From assembly GCA_028534125.1 (NCBI GenBank), contig JAPYYK010000093.1, positions 558,001 through 622,000 of the forward strand: a stretch of 64,000 bases of DNA, read 5' to 3'. The notes below the pieces were generated by a model, which saw only the letters and a list, made by a program, of their open reading frames with translations, was not told the DNA's origin and did not search any database. Position 1 is the stretch's first letter. Every line of letters starts with the position of its first letter. Of the stretch, positions 27,785 through 42,030 are shown in pieces. Made by a program: the position numbers and the translations under genes. The stretch is from Lama glama (taxonomy: Eukaryota).

Positions 27785-28110
27785 ATCACCACTTATCATT
27801 CCCATTTTACAGATGAGGAGACTGAGACTCACGAACTTTAAGTGACCTGCCCAAGGTCACCCACCCAGGAAGTGGTGACATAGAACTTGTCCCAGGGGTG
27901 TGCTGGAGTCAGCAAGAGCCAATCACATGCATCTCTTTCCAACTGTGCATTCAGTGTCGTCACCTTAGGAGTTTGAAATTGGTCATAAATGGGAATATTT
28001 ATACCATAGAAATTGGCAAATGCTACCAATCTCAGTTTTTCCCCTTGGAGAGTGAACTGTAAACATTTACCAGCACAGCACTGATTTGACCCCAGGCTAT
28101 TGACTCTTTT
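27785..28110 (-). mobile_element. MIR SINE split by the MER63 insertion
   Basis: cccattttacagatgaggagactgag...cctgcccaaggtcac on the left; atttgaccccaggct resumes on the right. Confidence 0.75.
27893..28083 (+). mobile_element. MER63-like non-autonomous hAT (Blackjack) DNA transposon
   Basis: Imperfect terminal inverted repeats caggggtgtgctgg / ccagcacagcactg; degenerate 8-bp TSD acttgtcc / atttgacc. Confidence 0.8.
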
Positions 28111-30647
28111 CTAGTGTATCTATGGTTCTTCCGTCTTAGGATTTCACAGATGAGTAAAGGAAAATTAATTGGGAAAACAGACATGGATGCCAAGTTTTTA
28201 CTTTGCTCAGACAACACATTATTATAATCACCATCATTTCATCAAAAAAAGGCTATTTCAACACTAAAAAAAATTTTTAAGAGCCAAAGCTCAGGATAAA
28301 GTCCAGTTCTTCTAAAGACACACACACATTCATTCTCCCTATCTTTCTCTCCCTCCCTCTCCCNNNNNNNNNNNNNNNNNNNNNNNNNNNNNNNNNNNNN
28401 NNNNNNNNNNNNNNNNNNNNNNNNNNNNNNNNNNNNNNNNNNNNNNNNNNNNNNNNNNNNNNNNNNNNNNNNNNNNNNNNNNNNNNNNNNNNNNNNNNNN
28501 NNNNNNNAACCCCAGGCTGAGCAGCTCTAGACTCTGCTATGGGCCGCAGGGACTGGCCCACCCATGACACATCAGAACACACACCCTGCTGGGGCCTAAG
28601 GGTGGCTCTATGCCTTGGTCTTGCACCATGGGTCTGGGTAGACCCCGGGCCCTAGCTGCACTACCCATTATCACAACTCCAGGGAAAACAAGTTATTCTG
28701 ATTATTCACCTAAACCAGACTCAACTAGGAAGGCAACAGGTGTCCAAGAGTTCCAAAGAACATTCATTTCATCAACACAGAGACGTGACTTTGTGGGTTC
28801 CGGGGTTCAGCTGGTGTCCAAGCACTGGCTCCAAGGGGTGACACAAGGGCCTGAGGAGTCCAGGAGTCAACTATGCACCTGCAGTGTTAATACCCAAAAG
28901 CCAGAGAAACCACCCACCAAGCCAGAACTGGCCAGGCACAGTCCTACTCACTCCGACAGGAGGGCATGGGGGCTTTGGGATTTTGAGAGATGCATCAGGA
29001 TCCATGGCCTCACTGGGTCAAAGACAAACTGACCAAATCCTGCCTGGGCGCCCATCAACCTGGGCCCAAGTGCCTGGCTCTGCCACTGCCTCCCTGGCCA
29101 AACAGTGTGGCCCAGGGGTCACCCTCCCAACAGGGCAGATCCACCTGCTGGCTCCCCACATCCCTGTGATTTTCCATGCTCTTCATTGAGATGACACTGC
29201 TCATCTCCAAGTGTCTCTAAGTGCCAAATTAGCAAGACAGTGAGGAGAGAAAGCGTCTGGGAGGAGGCACGTGCAGTCAGGGACTGCAGCCGGCATGACT
29301 GGCGTGGGCACGAGACTGGGGACAGCCTCACACCACCATGTCCTCCCATGTGCCTGAACCTAGCAGGGTGCAGCACTGACCCCATTTCACAAACAAGACA
29401 ACTGAGGCCCGTGGCAAGGATGGATGCAGGGCCACATACTATAGATAGAAGCCAGACCTGCCCCCCTGGCTCCATCAGCTCCATGATCCCACCCTCCCAG
29501 GACAATGCAGCCTCCAGGAAGCCTCAGGGAGAGGCTACCTCTGCCAGTTTTGTGAACTCAGATAGTTCTAGGCCCTCAGAAACTTAGCTTCCTGGTCTGT
29601 AAACAGGGATGATATAACGACTGGCTGAAAAGCTTTCACAGCCAAATTCATACAGTAACCTTGAGGGCAGTATTATTACTGGGCAGTCCTCTGAAGGCTA
29701 GAAGCTTACCTAATCCAGGCACCCCCCCCATCCCACCCCCTCCTACCCCCAGTGCTCAGGAAATCCTCCGTGAATGACTGCTTGGGAGCAAAGGGCACGG
29801 AGGGAGGGTGCTGTGGAAAGGGTTTCCCTAATGGCTCCCTTAACCTCCTGCTTCCCAGGCTAAGAGAGGCCAGGAGCAAGGGCAAAGACGTGTGGGTCCC
29901 AGGACTGGAGGTCCGAGGGTAGCCCAGCAGGAAGAAGATGACACTGTGGGACTCTGGGCCTTAGTCTCCAGGGCACATTTCAGAACCAAGAGGAGTAAGT
30001 AGGGAAGAGGAGGTGTCATCATCAAGCAGAGGAACAAAATCATCCATGTGTGGGGTGAGGAGCTGGGGCTGAGGACCCCTTTTAGTACACAGAACCATCA
30101 AGACCCCAGCTAGAAAGCTGGGGAGGCCCCAGGTCAAACTACACAGCACTGAGGCCAGCTGCACAGGCTCCCCCAGATAGGGAGGGGCAGGGCCAGGAGG
30201 AGGAGGTAGGGAAGACAAGAAAGGAGGAGGGGAGGGAGGGCAGAGAGGGAAGCAGGGGGGCGGGGGAGCCTGTGTGCAGATGCAGNNNNNNNNNNNNNNN
30301 NNNNNNNNNNNNNNNNNNNNNNNNNNNNNNNNNNNNNNNNNNNNNNNNNNNNNNNNNNNNNNNNNNNNNNNNNNNNNNNNNNNNNNNNNNNNNNNNNNNN
30401 NNNNNNNNNNNNNNNNNNNNNNNNNNNNNNNNNNNNNNNNNNNNNNNNNNNNNNNNNNNNNNNNNNNNNNNNNNNNNNNNNGCTAGACCCTGTAGAGGGG
30501 CAAGAAGGAAGAGGGAGGGCTTTGTTCAAGAGCAGAGAGGGGAAGGCCTAGGAGAGGCCAAGGCCTAGTATGGGCGAGGGTCTCTGGACCCCTAGCTACC
30601 TCTGCAGGCCTTTTCACCATTTCCAAGGAGGCGGGGTTTTGTTTTAC

Positions 30648-30695
30648 TTTTTGTTTTTGTTTTTGTTTTTGTTTTTGTTTTTTTTGTTTTTGTTT
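30648..30695 (+). repeat. (TTTTTG)n microsatellite
   Basis: About 7-8 imperfect units visible. Confidence 0.9.
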
Positions 30696-33649
30696 TATGT
30701 CATCAAAGCCCTGCTACAGGCTGCCTCCGCCAGGCAGTCTGCCAGGATAAATCCCTTTCAACTGGGGGCCTAAGAGCAGTCCATAGCCCTCTCCTCAGCT
30801 GAAGCAGGGCAGCCATCGTGGAGGGGGATGCTGAGGGTGGAATGACAGGTGAGGTGGGAGGAATGGACAGCAGGACAGGACCAGGCTTGGGCAGGTGAGG
30901 GTGTAGGGGTGCAGGCACAATGGAGGCCACCTGCTGCCAAGGGCACTGTGAACCAAACTTGGCAATGGTGGGGGCCCATGGTCTCCTGTCTCCCTCATGA
31001 GACTGGCCGATTATTCTCTCAGCTCTGGGGGAAGCAATGATTTAAAATAAAGTATTACTTAATTATTCTGATTATATTTCAGCTGGCCTGCCTCTTCCCA
31101 CCTTGGCGCCTTCGCAGTCCTCTGAAGGGGAAAGAAAAATAGGGCAGGAAGGGGCAGTGGTACGGGAGACAGACGGAGAGATGCAGACACGAAAAGAGCC
31201 CAAGGGAGTTGGTCTAGAGGGCCTGTGTTAGGCTCACCCTGTCCCAGGGGAAGATTACTGGTGGGTGGGGAAGGGGGACACTCCCCTTTCCAGCCTGGAT
31301 AGGCTCAGAGAGCAGTTGTGGCCCCTGCTGAAGCAGGGTTTGGGATACGGCCAGCCCCTCCTCTCAGCCACAGCCCAGCTGCAAACAACAGGAAGCTCAG
31401 GGCTGTACCCCAGGATCATGGCATCTCCAGAGCCATCTTCCTCGAGGAGTCATCCCTGACCACTTAGTGCATGACCCTCTCTATTTCTATGAGTGCCCAG
31501 ATCCAGCCCTGGCTCTTCTGAGACCTTGGACTAGATGTGTCCTCTTAGGCCTCAGTCATCCCATCTGGAAAATGGAGATAAAGCTCATCAGTTGTCCACC
31601 TCCCAGGACTCCAAATACAGGCAAGTAGAAACCACCACCCCACGGAAGTGATGTTAGCAATGATGCCTGCCCCACACACTCATGCAAACGCAGACCCATC
31701 TGGACAGCAGGGCTGCTCTCCTCTCAGTCCAATTCCCTTCCTCAGATCTGCAGTTCATTAAGCATAGGATGGCTGTGCCTCCTCCTTAGACTGGGGCCTC
31801 TAGGAGGGTTGCAGCATCCCCTGAACTGCCTCAGAGACCCTGACACAGGGGAGACTCCTTGGGAAGGAAAGGACCATCCATGCTCAGAGCATCCTTCCTG
31901 CTTGTCTGCTCAGAATAGAAGACACTTGGGCCTCAATATCTTTTGGGGCTCAAAGTCTAGGGCAGAGCCCCTGACCTTGATTTGATCACAGCCTCCCAAG
32001 AACAGAGGGCAAGTCTAGCCAAGGTCATTCATTCCTGAGAGGCCAACTGGGCTAAGCCTCTTCAGACCACTGAGATCGGAGTGCCTGAAGTTGTGGAGAG
32101 CAGTCAGTACTGGCCCTGCACTGCACAAACCACAGAGGAGAAACTGAGGCGGGGGGGGAGATGGGAGCATGCTAGCTCAGCTGATTCATGGTGGACAAGG
32201 CTCCTCAGTTAACCATCCACCACTTCACAAGCAGGTAAACTGAGATATAGGACTCAGAGGGACAGGCTCATCTTCAGCAGGTTTGTGATTCAGCTAAAGG
32301 GACTCCTAGTGTGAGCAACACAATGCTCCCAGGAGTACCATCCCCACCCTTGCCTGCCCATTCCATGCACACAGGGATGAAGGTAACTCACTTATCACAA
32401 GGGATCCTTGGAGATCCCCTGGAGCTGGGGAGGGGCTGGTGCTGCCAAAGCTAAAATTAGTCCAAATCCATCGGCCTCGACTATGTGTATCTTGGGACCC
32501 TGCCCAAATACTGCTCCTTAATGAGGTTATTAATTATGGGGCTGTCCCTTCCTTTCCTTTGTTGGGGAAAAAGCTTTCCCTTCCAGTCGGCTCTTGGCTG
32601 GGAGGCAGCAAGCCTGTGCCTCCCCTCTCAGACTAACAGTGAACAGTCATCTGCTTTAATTAGGGCACCAGGTCCAGCCCAGTATTTACTCCTAATAGCC
32701 TGATGCAGGGAGGGGAGGAGCTGATGGGAGGAGAAGGCCTGGAACCAGGGAGTTGCATCACCAGGGCTGAGAGAGCCGGGCAGTCCACTTGGCCCACAGA
32801 GGGATAGAGAGTGTCCCAGGCTCACACAGCAAATGGTCACAGCACTCTGCCCCCCTCCCTGCCATCAGTGCAAGATTGAGGGCCCACAGGGCACCAGCAG
32901 TCAGGGAAGACAGCATGGATGAGGTAAGCCAGGGACATGCAGGCTGAGAAGGGGAAGGAGGTTTCCCAGCAGAGGTTAGGAGGAGAGCATGGAGGTCCCA
33001 CCTGAGTCTGACTTCTGTGTCTGCCATTGTTGGCTGTGTGACCTTGGTAACATCCTTTCACCTGTCTGGGCCTCAGGTAAATCATCTAGAAAGTGAACTA
33101 AAGCAGCTAAGGTGGATATAAACCTGTGTTGTCACACCACAACCACAGGGCTCCTGAGCAGCCCCGCAGCAGGACCCTCCTCACCAGGCCTGGTCTGGGG
33201 TTTTCCAGCAGTAGGGAGAAGCTCCTAGGGGGACTGGTCTAGCTTCCATAGGAACAAATTCTGCCCCAGCCACCCCTGCAGAACTCGGAGAGGGGCTAGA
33301 AGGCACCAGAAGCCTGGGAGATGAAGGAGGTGTGCGGCAGGAAGGAAAATGTTGGTCTGCGGGAGAGGTGAGGACTGAGGCCCAGAACCAGGTTGGAGGA
33401 CTTGTCCAGGGTGATGGTCTGTGTGGGGAGGGGCGCTGGGGCCATCTCTCCTCCAGCCCCTGCCCTGCTCTGTGGTCCACACCCAGCTCTGTGGTTTGAT
33501 CTCTCCAGATCTCAGTTTCCCTCTCTGCCCAAGAAAGGGTGGCCTGAGGTCTCCACAGGCCAGGTGGAGATTTGTTTCCCAAGGAGTCTGATAGAGGCCT
33601 TCCTGCCTAGGGCCTGCATCAGTGAGGTCAGAGCCCTCACTGCACGGCC

Positions 33650-33750
33650 TTAATTATCTTCATGGCAGTCAGATCATCATCCCCAGTTCTCAGAGGGGAA
33701 AACTGAGGCATAGAGCAATTGAGCCATGTGCCCAAGGTCACACAGCTAAT
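33650..33750 (-). mobile_element. MIR fragment
   Basis: aaactgaggcatagag...gcccaaggtcacacagctaa. Confidence 0.65.
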
Positions 33751-33769
33751 GATCACCAGTCAGGATGAT

Positions 33770-34620
33770 ATACACATCTCCTCAGATGCAAGTCTTAAAT
33801 GCCCAGCTGCTGCATGGCATGTCCACTTGGATATCTAATGGGCCTCTCCAACTCAATGAGTCCAAAACCCAGACCCTGACCTCCTTCTGGATCCCCTCCT
33901 CCCTTCTCTCACCACCCCTGCCACCCTTGGCTCAGCTGATAGCAGCTCCCCAGTTCATGACCAGAGCCTCAGGGTGACCTGGAACCTGCTTTCTCTCACA
34001 TCCACTTCCAATTTTTCAGCAAGTCCTGTTGGCTCCACCTACACAATCTGCCCACTGCCTCCCACCTCTCAGGCCCCTAGCCTGACTTGGGTGGCCATGT
34101 CTCTCTCCAGGACAAGTGCAGTCGCCAGTTCATAGGTCTTCAGCTCCTGCCCTTGCACCCACCTCCCCAGGGCTGTTCACCTCCACACTCAGCTAGAGCA
34201 TCCCCTTGGAAGAGCGTCCCACCTCTGTCAACACCAGGCTGCAGCTCCACGGCCCTAGAGGAAAGGCAAAGCCCACCTAGAGGCCATGCTCTCAATGATC
34301 TCTTTGACCTTGCTCCTCAGGCCATGCTGGCCTGCTCACTATGGCTGGAACACACTCCTGCACTCCGTGCACAGGTCTTTGCACACGCTGTTCCCTCTGC
34401 CCGGATCAGTCTCTCCTCAGACATCCTTAGGGCCCCCCCTCCCTTCTTTTGGTGAAGTCCACCTTGCCTCCCATTTTGAGTTGCACACCCCCAACCCCAG
34501 CAACAACTGATCTCACATCTCCTCCTGGGACTATTCTTTTCACTAGAATTCTGTCAGACTTCCTCTCCCTTGTTCACTGTCCGTTTCTGCCCTGGGCTGT
34601 GAGCCTTGAGGGAGAAGTCT
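33770..34620 (+). mobile_element. L2 LINE fragment
   Basis: gtccacttggatatctaatgggcctctccaactcaatgagtccaaaac and ctttgcacacgctgttccctctgcc match recalled L2 3' sequence. Confidence 0.7.
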
Positions 34621-37360
34621 CTTGCTCTCCACCCTGGAGGAACAGGCCTTTGGGTGAGCAAACACACCTCACCAGAGGGGGCCAACCTCCCCTCCATCCT
34701 GCCCCAGCCCGCATGCACTGGTCACGGAAGCAGGCCGGTGAGGTGTGCAGTGGTAGCCTGCGGAGAGGCTGAAACTGCAGTGGCTGCCCCAGGGACAGCC
34801 CAGGAGGCCCTTCCTTTCTCCAGCTCCTCTCCGTATGAATTATTAAAGCTCATTTATGATGGGCCTGCCCAGGCCTGTGGCTTCCCTGCATAATTCATGG
34901 CTCTTCCAGAAGGGCCAAGTGCTGGAGCAGTCACTTCTTCCAGGAAGCAAGAAGAAAGTGTGGGGAAGGAATGGCCTAGACCTGGGCTATTCTCCACCCT
35001 AACCCTGTCACCCTGCCCCCATCTCGGACAGCCCAGCACCTCCACCCACCCTGCCCCATGGTGCCATCTCCTGCACACTGGGATTCTGGTTCCCTGGGCC
35101 AGAGTCCACAGGCTTTGTGTAGACTCATCCACTCCCCTCTGTGTGCCTCGGTTTCCTATCTGTGGACTGATGGAGTTGGTGATTTTCAAACTGCAGTGGC
35201 AGCTAAGAGTCATCTATCTCCACTCCCTTGGGGGCCAAGGTCCATGGGTCTTCCAGATACCAACACCCATGTGTCACTGTCTGTGAATTTCCCAGCAATC
35301 TAGAGCTAGGACTGAGTAACGAGAAAGAGGAGCTCATGGATTAGCTAAGACCTCCCCAGAGCAGAGCAAAGGGTCCAGGCCAGGGATACAGAGTATGGAT
35401 AGTCACTCTGCCCAGGATCCACTGTCTGCTCCACAGGCCCAGAGCCACCTGCCCCAGTCACTAACATAGATCGAGGGCATTTTGGGCTCTGCAGTGCCTT
35501 CTTCTCTTCCCATGTTCCCCATGTAGTCAGGCATAACATGAACATCACCCCTGCCCAGGCCCATTTAACAAACAGGTAAACAGGTTCAGTGAGGCTGGCT
35601 CTTGGGAAGTAGAGGTAGATATATTGACACAGTCCCTGAGTGCCCAGCTAAGTGCTGTGATGGGGGAGCCGTGCCCAAGCCTGGCCTCAGGAGGTGCACA
35701 GCAGAGTTGAGGCACCTGTAGAGGTCACCAGGAGAGTCAGGGAAGAACCCAGGAGCTCCAGCTACCTGTTCTTGCCCTGTACCAGTAGCTGAAGCCTGAT
35801 TGGAGGTGGTAAGAGGCCCTGTCCACGTGTCACCAACCACTCCAGTCAGATTCAGTGATTCACACACTCCCATCTCCCCTTCTAGACATCCTCCCCACCC
35901 CCAGGATGAGTCAAATCCTTGCTAAGCCACAAATAATCATCCTCTGTGTGCATCTTCGATACGACCTCTTGTCTTGAGGAGGACAGAAACCCCCTTCAGG
36001 GTCCTTTGTTCCTCTTTAGGGTAGAGACCCCTCTGTGGAAGCTGGCAGGGCCCCAGAGGACACTCAAATGCAGAGGAGAGCTGGAGCAAAGATCAGAAAA
36101 GAACTCAACCCATCAGTGCCAGCTTTGTTCTCTAGCCTTGGCCCCCATCTACCTGGCCAAGTCACCTCTACCAGAAAGTCTTCCTGGGTTTCTCTCCATC
36201 CCTTCTCAAACCCACAGTCCTCTTTCTATTTTACTGACCCTTGCCTTAGGTTAGGGCTGCAGTTTGGTTCCATCACCAAGCTCCCTGCAGAGCTTAGCTT
36301 GCAGGATGGCAAAGAGTCTTCTGGAAATGTTTGGGGACACATTTTGCTGAGCATCCTCCTATCACCAGACTGGTGTCTGCTCTGCCCACTTCCCTCTGTT
36401 GTGGGAAAGAGGCTGGAGCACAGGACAGGGAAAGGGTCTCCAACTTCAGCAAGTAGCAGAGCACCAAGGGAAGGAATCAGTGATGCAGAGCACCTGCTGT
36501 GGCCTGGGTGCTCTGGGGTTGAGCCCCTGGAGTCATATGGCACCCTCAGCTGTGTGCTGACTGATTCAGGCCTACTGAATATGGATAAAGACTGAGGCCT
36601 AGGGACTGAAGCAATACACCCAAGGCCTCACAGCCAGTCTGTGCTCAACCAGAATTTGAACCCAGCAGAGGTGATTCCAGAGCCCTGGCCCCTAGGCAGT
36701 TAGGCCTTCTTAATCACAAAGTGGACGTCAATGGCCAAGACTTAGGAAATAGGGTGCAGTAAGGGCCGCCCCTCATTTATGACCTTTTCCACCTTTGAGA
36801 AGGGGTCCACTTCAAATCAGGGCCCTCACTGTCTCCCCAAGTTAGCCAAAGCCGGGTGCGATCAGAAACTCCTTCCTTACACCCCACCAGAGCTATCCTG
36901 CTGTAGGAATGTTGTCTCATAAGTGCAGAGCCCAAGCTCCCTCAAATCTTTCCCACGAAGGGGCCCAGACCAGGGATGGGGAGATGCCCACTTCCTCTGG
37001 GATTTGCTTCTCACTAGTGAGTGCCAGGCTTCAGTGGGAGCCAAGCTGCATGTAAATTGAATGTAAGTGCTCAACCTGCCTTGACATGCAGTGGGCTGGT
37101 TACTCTCCATGCTCTGTAGTGAATCCTTTAGCAGTGCAAATCCCCTCTTCAAGCTGCAGCGAGGAGGGGCCTTCAGGTGCCACCCCAGTGGGCTCATCTC
37201 CTTCTGAGGAGCCCCAGGTTGGTAGCTAGGTCAAGAGCCTGTGCTGTCCTCAGGGCTGACTCAGTGAGAGGCAGGTTGGCCAAACCTGGCAGGGCTTATC
37301 TCAGACCACACCTGAGGTGTTTCCAACCTTCCACAAACTCCCTACTATCTCCCTCACTCC

Positions 37361-37405
37361 CCATCCATCCATCCATCCATCCATCCATCCATCTATTCAT
37401 TCATT
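37361..37405 (+). repeat. (CCAT)n tetranucleotide repeat, probably an expanded L2 tail
   Basis: Eight ccat units followed by ctattcattcattt. Confidence 0.9.
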
Positions 37406-37959
37406 TATACAGCTACTGAGCCACATTCCAGGCTAGGACTGAGAAGGGACACAGCAGTGAGCAGGGCAGATGCGGACCTGCCGTTGGGAGCTTGGAATTC
37501 AACCATAGCAGACATCCAATCTGATCTGGACTCAATAAGTAGAGGGAGGAGGAGTCCAGCGAGCCTTGGGGGAGCAGGATGCACAGCAAGGTAAAGGGGT
37601 CTGGCCAGGTAAAGGTGGAACTGCAGAATTGGAGGGCAGTCCAGACAGAGGGTACAGCACGTGCAAGGCTCAGCAGTGAGCTCTGCACACGGTGATGCCC
37701 TGTGAATACCCAGAGACCAACCACGGGGACCAAAGCAGGCTGCTCTCACACTGAGGCCTGCAGCGTTCCATCCTCAAGGACACGGTGAGCACCTCCATGT
37801 GATGGATGGTGAAGGGTGGTGAGCTCCCGACAATGGGGAGATGAGGAGAGCGGGTGCAGGCAGTGGATGCTAAACTAGGGGTTCAAAGAGCAGGGTTCTC
37901 TGTTCAGTCCTTGGCACCCAGCCTGGGCAGGCACAGTTCAGCTCCAGAGGCTCACATCC

Positions 37960-38615
37960 TGCTCTGAGGCACCTCCACTTGGATGCCCTTGTCTGCATCT
38001 CAAACTCAGTATGTCCAATACCTGACGGTCTCTTGGACTGACTCTTCTGCAGCCTCCTACAGCTCACCTGGCGACAACTCTGTCCTTCCAGCTGCTCAGG
38101 CCAAACTTCCTGAGGTGACCTAGGACCCCTTTCCCTTTCTTACATCCAGACCATTGGCAGATTTCACCACTACCATGGACACCACCCCGGTGCTCCTCTG
38201 TTCACACCTCTCCGGTGGTGTCCACCTCAAAGTCATGCTAATTTAATGGCCCTGCCTACCCTGGCCTCCACGGCCCTCTTACCTCTCCTTCCACTCTCCC
38301 CTTCTCCTGCTCTAACCACAACCCATCTCAGGGCCTTTGTGCTGGCTGTGCCTCTGCTTGGGACACTCTTCTCTCAGATACCCCTTGGTTCCCACCCACT
38401 TCTCCTTCCAGATTTTGCTCAGATGTTTTGGTGAGGCCCACTCTGACCTACCCCCTTCATTACACCCTCCCCTAAATTCATCCTGTCTCTTCTCCATGGC
38501 ATTTGTCACCTTCCAACATAGCATGTCCCCTGTGTATATCACCTCCCTGCACCGTGGTCTGCCTGTCCCCAGTCAGTGCCTGCCACAAAGCATGGAGAGG
38601 ATGAACGAACAGCAG
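37960..38615 (+). mobile_element. L2 LINE 3' fragment
   Basis: cacctccacttggatg...catctcaaactcagtatgtcc; ctcagggcctttgtgctggctgtgcc; ends near gatgaacgaac. Confidence 0.7.
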
Positions 38616-41600
38616 GCTGTGGTGAGTGTCTGTGGAAAGAACAAATGTGCCCACAGCCGGGGAGGCACTGACTAGAAGATGATGAACTGAGTGGAAGCCT
38701 CAGGCTGTACCAGAATTTTTGGGGGCACAGCCTGTATGGTTAAACCCATGGGCTGACCCACAGCCATGCTTGAAACCCAAGGAGAGCCCACTCCAGGCCT
38801 TTGCATCCCCCTTACACCGACTCTTGGGCCACCCTTGCCCTGGCATTTGACCTGTTTACGAGACCAACTCACACATCCCCAAGGCCAGTCTGTGAGAAAG
38901 GCAAGAGGATGAGCTGCCTCTCCCCACTGTTCAGGTGAGAAAAACAAGGCTCAGAGTGGCTGTCACCCACTTCGTAAATTTTATGTAACACAAGGTTACC
39001 GACTTCTTGCCTTGTTGGGAGAGGCACTTAACTAACACATGGCCTTTACCCTCTCCATGTCGGGAGAAGAGGCCCCGGGGCTACGTGAATCTGGGCATTC
39101 CCAGGGAAGGTGGGCTCTCTGAGCAGGGGACAAGGGAGCTGCTTAGCTCTTGGAAACTGAATCCATTCATTCCACTCACTCCACAGACACTAACTGGTGC
39201 CCATCACATCTGAGCCATGGTGCAGAGCCTCCTAGTCCGGGCATCCCCATGCTGCCGTGGACTTTGTAACTTGTGCCAGGGGAGGCAGACAGCACTGAGC
39301 CTCAACTCAATAAACATTAGAGGTTGAGGATGGGATTATTATTCGCCCCAGCTAGGTGGGGGCTCCAGTAGTAAGACCCTCCTGCTGCTGCCCCACGGTG
39401 CAAAGCACTCACCATTTTCTCGGTATTTTTTGACATAGACATAAAATATCATCTCCTGCATATGGCGTCTGGCACACAGCAGGAGCTCAAAAAATAATGC
39501 TCTAAACTTACAACCACAAAATAAAGAGATATGACCCCATTTTAAAGATTACAAAACCGAGGCACAAAATGACTCATGGTTACATATAGGGCTCTCTTTA
39601 TGACCCTAGTTCCTCCCCTCCTTAACCCCCCTCCCCTGGACCAGGCTTTCTAGCTGGCAGCAGGCAGACACGGTGAGGCTAACAAAGTCCATGGCTCCAG
39701 GTCCCTGTAGACGGCCCCGTGATGTCCCCATCCTTCTCCATTTTAGAATAATAGCCTCCTCTATACGCCACCAGTCTGGAAATCACCTGTGAAATGTATT
39801 TCACCCAGCACTGGCTTGGGGACCATGTAAATCACCCGGCTTAATGGCCTCTGGGATTGTTCCCTGCCACCCCTCCCCAGCCTCTCTGTGCCAGGGAACT
39901 TGACACTGCAGGGCACCAGGCAGACAGGGCCCCAGTCATGGGCTGTGGGCAGCCCAAGGCATCCTGGTGCTAGGAGGCACTGTGAGGGGAGCAGTGGCCC
40001 CAGGGAGCATATCAGCAAGAGAGGGATGGATGGGGCCTGTCTAGAGCTTCGGGAACGGGGGCTGGATTGGTGTGTGTAAGCCTCTCCCTCTCCCCACTGC
40101 TGCCCTTGTCCTTGTCTTCCCATTAGTGGCTTACCCTCAGAGGAAGGTGGGTCCTGGTGTTCTCCCCGGGGCCTCCACAGCCCTGAACAAGGAGGCCCAG
40201 GGCCTTAGGAATGGCTGGGGACCCTGAGAGAGTCTGTTAGAACTCCATCTGGAGTATGAGCTCCACCCCACCTCCCCCAGTCCACCAGGGGCTGCGTCCC
40301 ATCACCCCCTGGATGCTGCCTGGAGCACCAGCCATGTGTGGTTATTATTTGTTCGGCCTCACTTCCATTTCTTCCTCACTGATGATCTCCCTCAAAGACG
40401 ATGAGCTCCTCCAGAGCAACCCTGGCACATAGTCAACATGTAGGGAGGGGGCTCAGGTGGGGAAGGGGCCATCAGGAGGTGGGTCCTGAAATGTAGGCAG
40501 GCCTTGGAGCCATGGGTCAACGTAGAGGGGCAGTCAGGAAGGAGCAGGGCAGCCAGTTGAGGGGCCCTGGTGATCTCCATGGAATAGGCTGCAGACTGGC
40601 CCCTGGCCACATGCACAGGCATCTAGGACCAGTTGGCCCCCAACAGGTACCACAGCCAGGAGACTCCCCAGAACCAGTATGCTGGCCTGCACCCTCCTTC
40701 CCTGGCAGCCTCAGTTCTCCTTGCTGGAGAGCAGGGTGGGAGGAGGGGTCCTGTGTTTTACCTTCCTATCCCCTATGGCCTTGGCTTTCTACCTCACCTG
40801 GTGGCTCTGGAAAATGCTGATGCCCAGGCCCTGCCCACCCAATTAAATAACAGTGCCCTGGGGCCCTGGACCCCACCTTCACCTCTCTCTCTCAGGTAGC
40901 CCTTGGAGGCAGCCCCTGGGCTGGGGCAACCTTGTAAGAGAGCCACAGGGGGGTGTGTGGGGTGGCCTTTGCCCTGTGGCACGAGTAAAGCCAGGCCCAT
41001 GTGGGACCATCCCAGACCATGTAAAAGCTGCTCCAGCTTCCAGAGACATAATCAGCTTGGCCTGTAGACACCTGCGCTGAGTTTCTGTTCGGCAAACATT
41101 TTTGAGCACTTGGTGTATGCTAGCCTGGAGCTCCAGCCAAGGACAGGTGGCCATGCCTATACAGCTCGAAAGGGGAGGCAGCAGGTCTACTGCAGGACAA
41201 TAATGGGGGAGCCTTCAGGCAGCCTAGGAAGCCCCTGACCCACACGGGGAAGTCAGGGGAGGTTTCATGGAACAATGACTCCCAGTCAGGCACAAAGGGA
41301 CGGGCAGAGGTCAGCCAGACCATAGGTAGGGCCTGTTTGGGGCTGGCAAGGCCCTTGCAACCCACCCAATCTCTCCCCTGCTTACTCCACACTTAGTGCA
41401 TACTATGTGCTTGTTAAGCCCCCCTGGAAGGAGCTGGCTGCTGCCTGGGTGGGTACTCAGTCCTGAGGGCAGGGATCCCCTCCTATGCCCACCACCGTGC
41501 CCATAAGAAGCAGCCCCTGTGGCCGTGGTCTCCATAGCACCAGCTTACAGGGCAGGACAGAGATGACAGCTATGCAGATGGGTGGCAGGGAAGCATCATC

Positions 41601-41879
41601 AGCTACAGAAGGACTCATCACTCTGTAGGGTCCTGGGAATGATGAAGACACTGAGGCTGGGAGGAGGAGGGCAGGTGGTTTGCCCAGATTCCCACCGTAA
41701 ATTGGGCAGGGGCCAGGGCTAGGGTGGGTAGGAGGAAATTGGAACAAGAAGGGCAGACGGACAGGTGTGATGGAAAAGCGCAGGAGTGTGGGGCACCCTG
41801 AGGGTCCTGTGGTCAGGAGGCCGCCTGGAGGAGGTGGGCTGAAGAAGGGCTATGTGAGGCAGGGGCTGAGGGTTCATAC

Positions 41880-42030
41880 CCGAGCACTGGGGCGTGAATC
41901 CTGCCTCAACCACTCACTAGCTGTGTGATTTTAACATCACTTAGCCCTGCTGAACCTCAATTTTTCTTGCCTATGAAATGGGAATAAAAACGGACTGATC
42001 TCATAGGATAGCATCGTGAAATACAGCACC
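41880..42030 (+). mobile_element. MIR fragment
   Basis: ccactcactagctgtgtga...cctcaatttttcttgcctatgaaatgggaataa. Confidence 0.65.

Noticed and set aside
14506-38988. Three TTATGTAA D-box octamers (14506, 22473, 38981)
   Set aside because: Count is close to chance expectation for 64 kb and they are not clustered
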